Shown here: one piece after another, positions 1 to 12,400 of the stretch
Layout of the letters: every line of letters starts with the position of its first letter
How positions within the stretch are numbered: position 1 is the first letter of the stretch
Notes under the pieces: model-generated
What the model saw: the letters and a program-made list of their open reading frames with translations, nothing else
The model's database searches: none
Told to the model about the DNA's origin: nothing
Assembly: GCA_964016885.1 (NCBI GenBank)
Contig: OZ024753.1
Coordinates: 13,516,001-13,580,000 of the forward strand
DNA: 64,000 bases
DNA from: Eledone cirrhosa
Taxonomy: Eukaryota
Reading direction: 5' to 3'
Program-made: the position numbers and the translations under genes

Positions 1-547
1 AGGATAGGGGAGGTGTTGAGTGGAAGGTAGAGTGGGCTGTAGGATAGGGGAGGTGTTGGGTGGAAGGTAGAGCAGGCTGTAGGATAGGGGAGGTGTTGGG
101 TGGAAGGTAGAGTGGGCTGTAGGATAGGGGAGGTGTTGGGTGGAAGGTAGAGTGGGCTGTAGGATAGGGGAGGTGTTGGGTGGAAGGTAGAGCAGGCTGT
201 AGGATAGGGGAGGTGTTGGGTGGAAGGTAGAGCAGGCTGTAGGATAGGGGAGGTGTTGGGTGGAAGGTAGAGTGGGCTGTAGGATAGGGGAGGCGTTCGG
301 TGGATGGTAGAGCAGGCTGTAGGATAGGGGAGGTGTTGGGTGGAAGGTAGAGTGGGCTGTAGGATAGGGGAGGTGTTTTGGTGGAGGTAGAGTGGGCTGT
401 AGGATAGGGTAGACGTTGGGTGGATGTTAGAGTGGGCTGTAGGGTAGGGGAGGTGTTGGGTGGATGGTAGCGCAGGCTGTAGGATAGGGGAGGCGTTGGG
501 TGCAAGCTAGAGTGGGCTGTAGGATACGGGAGGCGTTGAGTGGAAGG
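1..547 (-). repeat. 40-bp tandem minisatellite (~13 copies, continues off the window edge) derived from the Tigger transposase motif LYLPPNTSPILQP
   Basis: Unit aggataggggaggtgttgggtggaaggtagagtgggctgt; its reverse complement ctc tac ctt cca ccc aac acc tcc cct atc cta cag ccc reads LYLPPNTSPILQP and directly follows LLLYNAPVHPPNLEDDIL of the adjacent transposase. Confidence 0.9.
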
Positions 548-1632
548 ATGTCATCTTCAAGGTTAGGTGGATGAACAGGTGCATTGTACAGGAGAAGAAG
601 GGCTTGCAGGGTAGGTTATTTTCCTGGAGATATTTCTTAACATCAAGACCAAAGACCAAATTCACCAACTCCACAAAGGATTGCCTGGGAAGCCACGCCC
701 TCGGGTTTGCCCTCCACACAACCTGCAGTTTTTTTCTTTCAGAATCTTATGTGACTTAAAAGCTCTGAGGTTTCCTGAGTGATAAACGAGCAGCGGCTTA
801 ATCTTGCAGTCGCCGCTCGTATTAGCACACAGTGTGAAGGTTAACCTGTCCTTCATGGGTTTGTGGCCAGGCATCCTCTTCTCGTCTGCCGTTATATAAG
901 TCCTCCTTGGCATCTTCTTCCAAAAAAGTCCTGTCTCATCACAGTTGAAGACTTGCTGAGGGATGCATCCTTTGGCTGCTATAATTCCTGCAAAAGTTTT
1001 GAGCTAATCCTCATCTGCCTTCATATCCACACTCGCTGCCTCACCATGTCTGAAAACGGAGTGAATGCTGGTCTTCTTTTTAAAATTCTTGAACCAGCCC
1101 CGACTGGCTTTAAACGGCTCGCCCGATGCCTTGTCCGTCGAAGTACCTGGGGTCTGCTGCAGCAAATCAGCGTAAGTAGCTCCTGCTTTCTCGCAGATTA
1201 TAGCCTCCGTCGCGGTATCTCCTGCGAGCTGCTTCTCCATCAACCACACTATCAGTAGCTTTTCCATATTTTCATGGATAGATGTCCGCTGTTTAGAAAT
1301 TATTTTAAGTCCCTTAGCTGGGGTTATAGCCTTTATCTACTCTTCCTGCTTCAGTATGGTGCAAATTGTAGAAATGCTACGCTCGTACTGCTTCGCCAAG
1401 TCGACTACATGCATACCATGGTCGTTTGTCGATAATTTCTTTCTTTAATTCAATGCACATCATCCGCTTCTTCTTCTCAGCCCTGCCCTTCGTGCTCACT
1501 TTCTTCGGACTATTTCAATATATATATTCGTGTACAGATATATTTGCATACACAAAAACAAAAACCTATTTATTTCACGAAAGCACAGACGGCCTATCGT
1601 CATTGTTACTGTTCGAGGTTAGAGGACCACAG
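541..1632 (-). mobile_element. Decayed Tigger/pogo (Tc1/mariner superfamily) DNA transposon; transposase pseudogene with psq-HTH, CENP-B HTH and DDE regions
   Basis: ORF fragments MEKLLIVW..FKASRGWFKNFKK..HGEAAS (1004-1267) and MPRRTYIT..KPMKDRLT..CANTSGDCKIKPLLVYHS (662-913); FNCDETGLFWKK upstream; stops and frameshifts; TIR-like actgtggtcctctaacctcgaac near 1612-1632. Confidence 0.9.
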
Positions 1633-2132
1633 TCTTTCCAAGATAGGCCCCCATAACCATATATATTCTGAAACTACATTGCCCAGGGTACTTGGATAAG
1701 TATATTTCATTTTAATCAAAGGGTTCCCTGGGGGCACAAACCCCTGCTCAAAATTGTTTCCCTTCGATTTATATGAAATTTAAACCATAGGTAAATGACA
1801 AGATATAATGCCTATTCACAAAATTTCAGCAAATTTCAATAATATTAATACACCCTAATGGTGAAAATTTTGGAAGCCCAAATAAAATAATGCTTTACAC
1901 AAAAATGAAATGATCAAGTTTTGAATTGATATTTTGAAAAAAATGATTTACAAGAAGCAAAATAAGAATAAGATTTAATAATGTAATTTTGATTTGATAT
2001 ATTACAAAAAATAATGTTTCCCAATTTTTCATGCATTACATTTTACATTGAGTAATATTGAAATGCAGAGCTTTTCTCCATAAATTATATCACTGATTTA
2101 AAATCAATCATCATTTTCTTATTAAAAAAATG

Positions 2133-2168
2133 TGTGAAACGCAGCAAAGCGCGAGTAATTCGGCTAGT
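2133..2168 (+). mobile_element. Helitron-like 3' terminus (short GC hairpin followed by CTAG-T)
   Basis: cgcagcaaagcgcg..taattcggCTAGt after an AT-rich body; the 5' end was not located. Confidence 0.4.
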
Positions 2169-2504
2169 ATAATATATATTAACGAATACTTCTTAACTTA
2201 ATGAAAACTGCTAACAGAATGAAAATATAGATACATATATGTAATATATATAAGATATTCCTTTCTATATAGAAGATGAAAATTTTATTATTAGTTGTAT
2301 AAATTTAATGATTATACAAAATTTATTAGTTATATATTAAATAACGTTACAAATGGGAGTGAAAATATAAACACATGATATATACAAAGCATATAAATAA
2401 ATTTACAGTCGAATAACATAACAAATATGTTTTAAATATATACATAAATAACATTACAAATGCTTCAATAACATTATAGATTGCTCGCGATTCTTTCAGA
2501 AGGA

Positions 2505-2700
2505 TATATTCCTTTAATGTTGCAATATTAAAGAAAATGTAAAGAAAGGGGTGGACAACCGAGCCATCACCGGAGCAAAAGACAGCAGCGGGGAGTACTG
2601 GGCAATTTCTCTAATGATTTTTTAGGCAAGCCAGCACACTCGCAGCATTGTCTCGGGTGATGGCGAGGCTGATGTGCTGGAACAACCAAGCGCCCTCGCT
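2505..2700 (-). mobile_element. 3' end fragment of a CRE-clade (restriction-like endonuclease) non-LTR retrotransposon
   Basis: Reverse complement reads EGAWLFQHISLAITRDNAASVLAC, followed by a 3' UTR nearly matching 46433-46620. Confidence 0.7.
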
Positions 2701-3011
2701 AACATTGCAAATATGCTTTAAATATATTCACAAATAGCATCTTCATTAGGCTGGGGGAGTAAACTGGTGATTAAATAGTAGCATTGGCCTTGGATTTTAA
2801 ATGTTGTGAAATATGGATAAAAGCTGAAGGGTAGATTAATTTCAAATAGTAGCAATTTTTCTTTGTTCAGTAAAATCAAAGATTGTAAAACTACTTTATA
2901 AAAGCTAACGCAATATAATAGTCTATCTCTCTCTTTCTGTCTCTCACTCTCTCTCTTTAGATGTGTGTGTATGTATTTGTGTGTGTGTGTGTGTGTGGTT
3001 TTCGCGTTATT

Positions 3012-3239
3012 CAACCAACCAACCAATAAACATCTCTCTTTTATATATATAGATTTCTTCAAAGTTACATTTTAAACTTAGTTCCGTTTAATGATTATTT
3101 ATCTAGTTAATTTCTATGGACTAATTAATTACTTAATTCATTCAATCATCGAGCCACACTGTTGACGGCAGCCAACACTGATATATGAATCTGTGCCAAC
3201 CAACCAACCAATAAACATCTCTCTTTTATATATATAGAT
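3012..3239 (-). repeat. Two 43-bp direct copies (3012-3054, 3197-3239) beginning TCTATATATATAAAAG on the minus strand; Helitron-like 5' terminus
   Basis: caaccaaccaaccaataaacatctctcttttatatatatagat occurs twice; TC-TATATATATAAAA starts are typical of non-autonomous Helitrons. Confidence 0.45.
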
Positions 3240-3478
3240 AAGATATAACAAAAGTCATAGAGGACATAAAAATAATAATAAAATGATTGTGGGCAGTGCT
3301 CAGGTGCGCCACAACACACCAAAGGTGCATGTATAGTGCATAGAATAATGCACAAAGGTCAGGAAAATGGACAGTGTATGAGTCATGATATACATGTGTG
3401 TATGGAGGTATCGAGGGGGGATATCAGGTACAGTGTTGGCGAATTTCAGGAAGCAAAGAGGTTTGAAAGGATGAAAAG

Positions 3479-6400
3479 ATGCAGTGTCTTGGCAGCTAAC
3501 AACTGATGCAGGGAGTTTGTTCCATGGAGGTTTTAAAGGATGCAGTGTCTTGGCAGCTAACAACTGATGCAGGTAGTTTGTTCCATGGAGGTTTTAAAGG
3601 ATGCAGTGTCTCGACAGCTAACAACTGATGCAGGGAGTTTGTTCCACAGAGGTTTTAAAGGATGCAGTGTCTCGGCAGCTAACAACTGATGCAGGGAGTT
3701 TGTTCAATGGAGGTTTTAAAGGATGCAGTGTCTCAACGGCTAACAACTGATGCAGGTAGTTTGTTCCATAGAGGTTTTAAAGGATGCAGTGTCTCGACAG
3801 CTAACAACTGATGCAGGGAGTTTGTTCCATGGAGGTTTTAAAGGATGCAGTGTCTCGGAGGCTAACAACTGATGCAGGGAGTTTGTTCCATGGAGGTTTT
3901 AAAGGATGCAGTGTCTCGACAGCTAACAACTGATGCAGGGAGTTTGTTCCATGGAGGTTTTAAAGGATGCAGTGTCTCGACAGCTAACAACTGATGCAGG
4001 GAGTTTGTTCCATGGAGGTTTTAAAGGATGCAGTGTCTCGGCAGCTAACAACTGATGCAGGGAGTTTGTTTCATGGAGGTTTTAAAGGATGCAGTGTCTC
4101 GACAGCTAACAACTGATGCAGGGAGTTTGTTCCACAGAGGTTTTAAAGGATGCAGTGTCTCGGCAGCTAACAACTGATGCAGGTAGTTTGTTCCATGGAG
4201 GTTTTAAAGGATGCAGTGTCTTAGCAGCTAACAACTGATGCAGGGAGTTTGTTCCATGGAGGTTTTAAAGGATGCAGTGTCTCGGCAGCTAACAACTGAT
4301 GCAGGGAGTTTGTTTAATGGAGGTTTTAAAGGATGCAGTGTCTCGACAGCTAACAACTGATGCAGGGAGTTTGTTCCACAGAGGTTTTAAAGGATGCAGT
4401 GTCTCGGCAGCTAACAACTGATGCAGGTAGTTTGTTCCATGGAGGTTTTAAAGGATGCAGTGTCTCAACAGCTAACAACTGATGCAGGGAGTTTGTTCCA
4501 TGGAGGTTTTAAACGATGCAGTGTCTTGACAGCTAACAACTGATGCTGGTAGTTTGTTCCATGGAGGTTTTAAAGGATGCAGTGTCTCGATAGCTAACAA
4601 CTGATGCAGGTAGTTTGTTCCATGGAGGTTTTAAAGGATGCAGTGTCTTGACAGCTAACAACTGATGCAGGTATTTTGTTCCATGGAGGTTTTAAAGGAT
4701 GCAGTGTCTCGACAGCTAACAACTGATGCAGGGAGTTTGTTCCATGGAGGTTTTAAAGGATGCAGTGTCTTGGGAGCTAACAACTGATGCAGGTAGTTTG
4801 TTCCATGGAGGTTTTAAAGGATGCAGTGTCTTGGCAGCTAACAACTGATGCAGGGAGTTTGTTCCATGGAGGTTTTAAAGGATGCAGTGTCTTGGCAGCT
4901 AACAACTGATGCAGGGAGTTTGTTCCATGAAGGTTTTAAAGGATGCAGTGTCTTGACAGCTAACAACTGATGCAGGTAGTTTGTTCCATGGAGGTTTTAA
5001 AGGATGCAGTGTCTTAGCAGCTAACAACTGATGCAGGGAGTTTGTTCCATGGGGGTTTTAAAGGATGCAGTGTCTTGACAGCTAACAACTGATGCTGTTA
5101 GTTTGTTCCATGGAGGTTTTAAAGGATGCAGTGTCTCGATAGCTAACAACTGATGCAGGTAGTTTGTTCCATGGAGGTTTTAAAGGATGCAGTGTCTTGA
5201 CAGCTAACAACTGATGCAGGTATTTTGTTCCATGGAGGTTTTAAAGGATGCAGTGTCTCGACAGCTAACAACTGATGCAGGGAGTTTGTTCCATGGAGGT
5301 TTTAAAGGATGCAGTGTCTTGGGAGCTAACAACTGATGCAGGTAGTTTGTTCCATGGAGGTTTTAAAGGATGCAGTGTCTTGACAGCTAACAACTGATGC
5401 AGGGAGTTTGTTCCACGGAGGTTTTAAAGGATGCAGGTCTTGACAGCTAACAACTGATGCAGGGAGTTTGTTCCATGGAGGTTTTAAAGGATGCAGTGTC
5501 TCGGCAGCTAACAACTGATGCAGGTAGTTTGTTCCATGGAGGTTTTAAAGGATGCAGTGTCTTAGCAGCTAACAACTGATGCAGGGAGTTTGTTCCATGG
5601 AGGTTTTAAAGGATGCAGTGTCTCGACAGCTAACAACTAATGCAGGGAGTTTGTTCCATGGAGGTTTTAAAGGATGCAGTGTCTTGACAGCTAACAACTG
5701 ATGCTGGTAGTTTGTTCCATGGAGGTTTTAAAGGATGCAGTGTCTCGATAGCTAACAACTGATGCAGGTAGTTTGTTCCATGGAGGTTTTAAAGGATGCA
5801 GTGTCTTGACAGCTAACAACTGATGCAGGTATTTTGTTCCATGGAGGTTTTAAAGGATGCAGTGTCTCGACAGCTAACAACTGATGCAGGGAGTTTGTTC
5901 CATGGAGGTTTTAAAGAATGCAGTGTCTCGACAGCTAACAACTGATGCAGGGAGTTTGTTCCATGGAGGTTTTAAAGGATGCAGTGTCTCGGCAGCTAAC
6001 AACTGATGCAGGGAGTTTGTTCCATGGAGGTTTTAAAGGATGCAGTGTCTCGGAGGCTAACAACTGATGCAGGGAGTTTGTTCCATGGAGGTTTTAAAGG
6101 ATGCAGTGTCTCGACAGCTAACAACTGATGCAGGGAGTTTGTTCCATGGAGGTTTTAAAGGATGCAGTGTCTCGACAGCTAACAACTGATGCAGGGAGTT
6201 TGTTCCATGGAGGTTTTAAAGGATGCAGTGTCTCGGCAGCTAACAACTGATGCAGGGGGTTTGTTTCATGGAGGTTTTAAAGGATGCAGTGTCTCGACAG
6301 CTAACAACTGATGCAGGGAGTTTGTTCCACAGAGGTTTTAAAGGATGCAGTGTCTCGGCAGCTAACAACTGATGCAGGTAGTTTGTTCCATGGAGGTTTT

Positions 6401-9400
6401 AAAGGATGCAGTGTCTTAGCAGCTAACAACTGATGCAGGGAGTTTGTTCCATGGAGGTTTTAAAGGATGCAGTGTCTCGGCAGCTAACAACTGATGCAGG
6501 GAGTTTGTTTCATGGAGGTTTTAAAGGATGCAGTGTCTTGACAGCTAACAACTGATGCAGGGAGTTTGTTCCACAGAGGTTTTAAAGGATGCAGTGTCTC
6601 GGCAGCTAACAACTGATGCAGGTAGTTTGTTCCATGGAGGTTTTAAAGGATGCAGTGTCTCAACAGCTAACAACTGATGCAGGGAGTTTGTTCCATGGAG
6701 GTTTTAAACGATGCAGTGTCTTGACAGCTAACAACTGATGCTGGTAGTTTGTTCCATGGAGGTTTTAAAGGATGCAGTGTCTCGATAGCTAACAACTGAT
6801 GCAGGTAGTTTGTTCCATGGAGGTTTTAAAGGATGCAGTGTCTTGACAGCTAACAACTGATGCAGGTATTTTGTTCCATGGAGGTTTTAAAGGATGCAGT
6901 GTCTCGACAGCTAACAACTGATGCAGGGAGTTTGTTCCATGGAGGTTTTAAAGGATGCAGTGTCTTGGGAGCTAACAACTGATGCAGGTAGTTTGTTCCA
7001 TGGAGGTTTTAAAGGATGCAGTGTCTTGGCAGCTAACAACTGATGCAGGGAGTTTGTTCCATGGAGGTTTTAAAGGATGCAGTGTCTTGGCAGCTAACAA
7101 CTGATGCAGGGAGTTTGTTCCATGAAGGTTTTAAAGTATGCAGTGTCTTGACAGCTAACAACTGATGCAGGTAGATTGTTCCATGGAGGTTTTAAAGGAT
7201 GCAGTGTCTTAGCAGCTAACAGCTGATGCAGGGAGTTTGTTCCATGGGGGTTTTAAAGGATGCAGTGTCTTGACAGCTAACAACTGATGCTGTTAGTTTG
7301 TTCCATGGAGGTTTTAAAGGATGCAGTGTCTCGATAGCTAACAACTGATGCAGGTAGTTTGTTCCATGGAGGTTTTAAAGGATGCAGTGTCTTGACAGCT
7401 AACAACTGATGCAGGTATTTTGTTCCATGGAGGTTTTAAAGGATGCAGTGTCTCGACAGCTAACAACTGATGCAGGGAGTTTGTTCCATGGAGGTTTTAA
7501 AGGATGCAGTGTCTTGGGAGCTAACAACTGATGCAGGTAGTTTGTTCCATGGAGGTTTTAAAGGATGCAGTGTCTTGACAGCTAACAACTGATGCAGGGA
7601 GTTTGTTCCACGGAGGTTTTAAAGGATGCAGGTCTTGACAGCTAACAACTGATGCAGGGAGTTTGTTCCATGGAGGTTTTAAAGGATGCAGTGTCTCGGC
7701 AGCTAACAACTGATGCAGGTAGTTTGTTCCATGGAGGTTTTAAAGGATGCAGTGTCTTAGCAGCTAACAACTGATGCAGGGAGTTTGTTCCATGGAGGTT
7801 TTAAAGGATGCAGTGTCTCGACAGCTAACAACTAATGCAGGGAGTTTGTTCCATGGAGGTTTTAAAGGATGCAGTGTCTTGACAGCTAACAACTGATGCA
7901 GGTATTTTGTTCCATGGAGGTTTTAAAGGATGCAGTGTCTCGACAGCTAACAACTGATGCAGGGAGTTTGTTCCATGGAGGTTTTAAAGAATGCAGTGTC
8001 TCGACAGCTAACAACTGATGCAGGGAGTTTGTTCCACGGAGGTTTTAAAGGATGCAGTGTCTTGACAGCTAACAACTGATGCAGGGAGTTTGTTCCACGG
8101 AGGTTTTCAAGGATGCAGGTCTTGACAGCTAACAACTGATGCAGGGAGTTTGTTCCATGGAGGTTTTAAAGGATGCAGTGTCTCGACAGCTAACAACTGA
8201 TGCAGGGAGTTTGTTCCACAGAGGTTTTAAAGGATGCAGTGTCTCGACAGCTAACAACTGATGCAGGGAGTTTGTTCCACGGAGGTTTTAAAGGATGCAG
8301 TGTCTCGACAGCTAACAACTGATGCAGGGAGTTTGTTCCACGGAGGTTTTAAAGGATGCTGTGTCTCGACGGCTAACAACTGATGCAGGGAGTTTGTTCC
8401 TCGGAGGTTTTAAAGGATGCAGTGTCTCGACAGCTAACAACTGATGCAGGGAGTTTGTTCCACGGAGGTTTTAAAGGATGCTGTGTCTCGACGGCTAACA
8501 ACTGATGCAGGGAGTTTGTTCCACGGAGGTTTTAAAGGATGCAGTGTCTCGACAGCTAACAACTGATGCAGGGAGTTTGTTCCACAGAGGTTTTAAAGGA
8601 TGCAGTGTCTCGGCAGCTAACAACTGATGCAGGTAGTTTGTTCCATGGAGGTTTTAAAGGATGCAGTGTCTTAGCAGCTAACAACTGATGCAGGGAGTTT
8701 GTTCCATGGAGGTTTTAAAGGATGCAGTGTCTCGACAGCTAACAACTAATGCAGGGAGTTTGTTCCATGGAGGTTTTAAAGGATGCAGTGTCTTGACAGC
8801 TAACAACTGATGCTGGTAGTTTGTTCCATGGAGGTTTTAAAGGATGCAGTGTCTCGATAGCTAACAACTGATGCAGGTATTTTGTTCCATGGAGGTTTTA
8901 AAGGATGCAGTGTCTCGACAGCTAACAACTGATGCAGGGAGTTTGTTCCATGGAGGTTTTAAAGGATGCAGTGTCTTAGCAGCTAACAACTGATGCAGGG
9001 AGTTTGTTCCATGGAGGTTTTAAAGGATGCAGTTTCTCGACAGCTAACAACTAATGCAGGGAGTTTGTTCCATGGAGGTTTTAAAGGATGCAGTGTCTTG
9101 ACAGCTAACAACTGATGCTGGTAGTTTGTTCCATGGAGGTTTTAAAGGATGCAGTGTCTTGACAGCTAACAACTGATGCAGGTAGTTTGTTCCATGGAGG
9201 TTTTAAAGGATGCAGTGTCTTGACAGCTAACAACTGATGCAGGGAGTTTGTTCCACGGAGGTTTTCAAGGATGCAGGTCTTGACAGCTAACAACTGATGC
9301 AGGGAGTTTGTTCCATGGAGGTTTTAAAGGATGCAGTGTCTCGACGGCTAACAACTGATGCAGGGAGTTTGTTCCACGGAGGTTTTAAAGGATGCAGTGT

Positions 9401-12400
9401 CTTGGGAGCTAACAACTGATGCAGGGAGTTTGTTCAATGGAGGTTTTAAAGGATGCAGTGTCTCAACGGCTAACAACTGATGCAGGTAGTTTGTTCCATA
9501 GAGGTTTTAAAGGATGCAGTGTCTCAACAGCTAACAACTGATGCAGGGAGTTTGTTCCATGGAGGTTTTAAAGGATGCAGTGTCTCGACAGCTAACAACT
9601 GATGCAGGGAGTTTGTTCCACGGAGGTTTTAAAGGATGCAGTGTCTCGGCAGCTAACAACTGATGCAGGGAGTTTGTTCCACGGAGGTTTTAAAGGATGC
9701 AGTGTCTTGACAGCTAACAACTGATGTAGGGTGTTTGTTCCATGGAGGTTTTAAAGGATGCAGTGTCTTGGGAGCTAACAACTGCTGCAGGTAGTTTGTT
9801 CCATGGAGGTTTTAAAGGATGCAGTGTCTTGACAGCTAACAACTGATGCTGGGAGTTTGTTCCATGGAGGTTTTAAAGCATGCAGTGTTTCGACAGCTAA
9901 CAACTGATGCAGGGAGTTTGTTCCACGGAGGTTTTAAAGGATGCTGTGTCTCGACGGCTAACAACTGATGCAGGGAGTTTGTTCCTCGGAGGTTTTAAAG
10001 GATGCAGTGTCTCGACAGCTAACAACTGATGCAGGGAGTTTGTTCCACGGAGGTTTTAAAGGATGCTGTGTCTCGACGGCTAACAACTGATGCAGGGAGT
10101 TTGTTCCACGGAGGTTTTAAAGGATGCAGTGTCTCGACAGCTAACAACTGATGCAGGGAGTTTGTTCCACAGAGGTTTTAGTGGATGCAGTGTCTCGGCA
10201 GCTAACAACTGATGCAGGTAGTTTGTTCCATGGAGGTTTTAAAGGATGCAGTGTCTTAGCAGCTAACAACTGATGCAGGGAGTTTGTTCCATGGAGGTTT
10301 TAAAGGATGCAGTGTCTCGACAGCTAACAACTAATGCAGGGAGTTTGTTCCATGGAGGTTTTAAAGGATGCAGTGTCTTGACAGCTAACAACTGATGCTG
10401 GTAGTTTGTTCCATGGAGGTTTTAAAGGATGCAGTGTCTCGATAGCTAACAACTGATGCAGGTATTTTGTTCCATGGAGGTTTTAAAGGATGCAGTGTCT
10501 CGACAGCTAACAACTGATGCAGGGAGTTTGTTCCATGGAGGTTTTAAAGGATGCAGTGTCTTAGCAGCTAACAACTGATGCAGGGAGTTTGTTCCATGGA
10601 GGTTTTAAAGGATGCAGTTTCTCGACAGCTAACAACTAATGCAGGGAGTTTGTTCCATGGAGGTTTTAAAGGATGCAGTGTCTTGACAGCTAACAACTGA
10701 TGCTGGTAGTTTGTTCCATGGAGGTTTTAAAGGATGCAGTGTCTTGACAGCTAACAACTGATGCAGGTAGTTTGTTCCATGGAGGTTTTAAAGGATGCAG
10801 TGTCTTGACAGCTAACAACTGATGCAGGGAGTTTGTTCCACGGAGGTTTTCAAGGATGCAGGTCTTGACAGCTAACAACTGATGCAGGGAGTTTGTTCCA
10901 TGGAGGTTTTAAAGGATGCAGTGTCTCGACGGCTAACAACTGATGCAGGGAGTTTGTTCCACGGAGGTTTTAAAGGATGCAGTGTCTTGGGAGCTAACAA
11001 CTGATGCAGGGAGTTTGTTCAATGGAGGTTTTAAAGGATGCAGTGTCTCAACGGCTAACAACTGATGCAGGTAGTTTGTTCCATAGAGGTTTTAAAGGAT
11101 GCAGTGTCTCAACAGCTAACAACTGATGCAGGGAGTTTGTTCCATGGAGGTTTTAAAGGATGCAGTGTCTCGACAGCTAACAACTGATGCAGGGAGTTTG
11201 TTCCACGGAGGTTTTAAAGGATGCAGTGTCTCGGCAGCTAACAACTGATGCAGGGAGTTTGTTCCACGGAGGTTTTAAAGGATGCAGTGTCTTGACAGCT
11301 AACAACTGATGTAGGGTGTTTGTTCCATGGAGGTTTTAAAGGATGCAGTGTCTTGGGAGCTAACAACTGCTGCAGGTAGTTTGTTCCATGGAGGTTTTAA
11401 AGGATGCAGTGTCTTGACAGCTAACAACTGATGCTGGGAGTTTGTTCCATGGAGGTTTTAAAGCATGCAGTGTTTCGACAGCTAACAACTGATGCAGGGA
11501 GTTTGTTCCATCGAGGTTTTAAAGGATGCAGTGTCTCGACGGCTCACAACTGATGCAGGTAGTTTGTTCCATGGTTTTAAAGGATGCAGTGTCTTGGCAG
11601 CTAACAACTGATGCAGTGAGTTTGTTCCATCGAGGTTTTAAAGGATGCAGTGTCTCGACGGCTAACAACTGATGCAGGTAGTTTGTTCCATGGAAGTTTT
11701 AAAGGATGCAGTGTCTTGGCACCTAACAACTGATGCAGGGAGTTTGTTCCATGGAAGTTTTAAAGGATGCAGTGTCTCGACAGCTAACAACTGATGCAGG
11801 GAGTTTGTTCCACAGAGGTTTTAAAGGATGCAGTGTCTCGGCAGCTAACAACTGATGCAGGTAGTTTGTTCCATGGAGGTTTTAAAGGATGCAGTGTCTC
11901 AACAGCTAACAACTGATGCAGGGAGTTTGTTCCATGGAGGTTTTAAACGATGCAGTGTCTTGACAGCTAACAACTGATGCTGGTAGTTTGTTCCATGGAG
12001 GTTTTAAAGGATGCAGTGTCTCGATAGCTAACAACTGATGCAGGTAGTTTGTTCCATGGAGGTTTTAAAGGATGCAGTGTCTTGACAGCTCACAACTGAT
12101 GCAGGTATTTTGTTCCATGGAGGTTTTAAAGGATGCAGTGTCTCGACAGCTAACAACTGATGCAGGGAGTTTGTTCCATGGAGGTTTTAAAGGATGCAGT
12201 GTCTTGGGAGCTAACAACTGATGCAGGTAGTTTGTTCCATGGAGGTTTTAAAGGATGCAGTGTCTTGGCAGCTAACAACTGATGCAGGGAGTTTGTTCCA
12301 TGGAGGTTTTAAAGGATGCAGTGTCTTGGCAGCTAACAACTGATGCAGGGAGTTTGTTCCATGAAGGTTTTAAAGGATGCAGTGTCTTGACAGCTAACAA

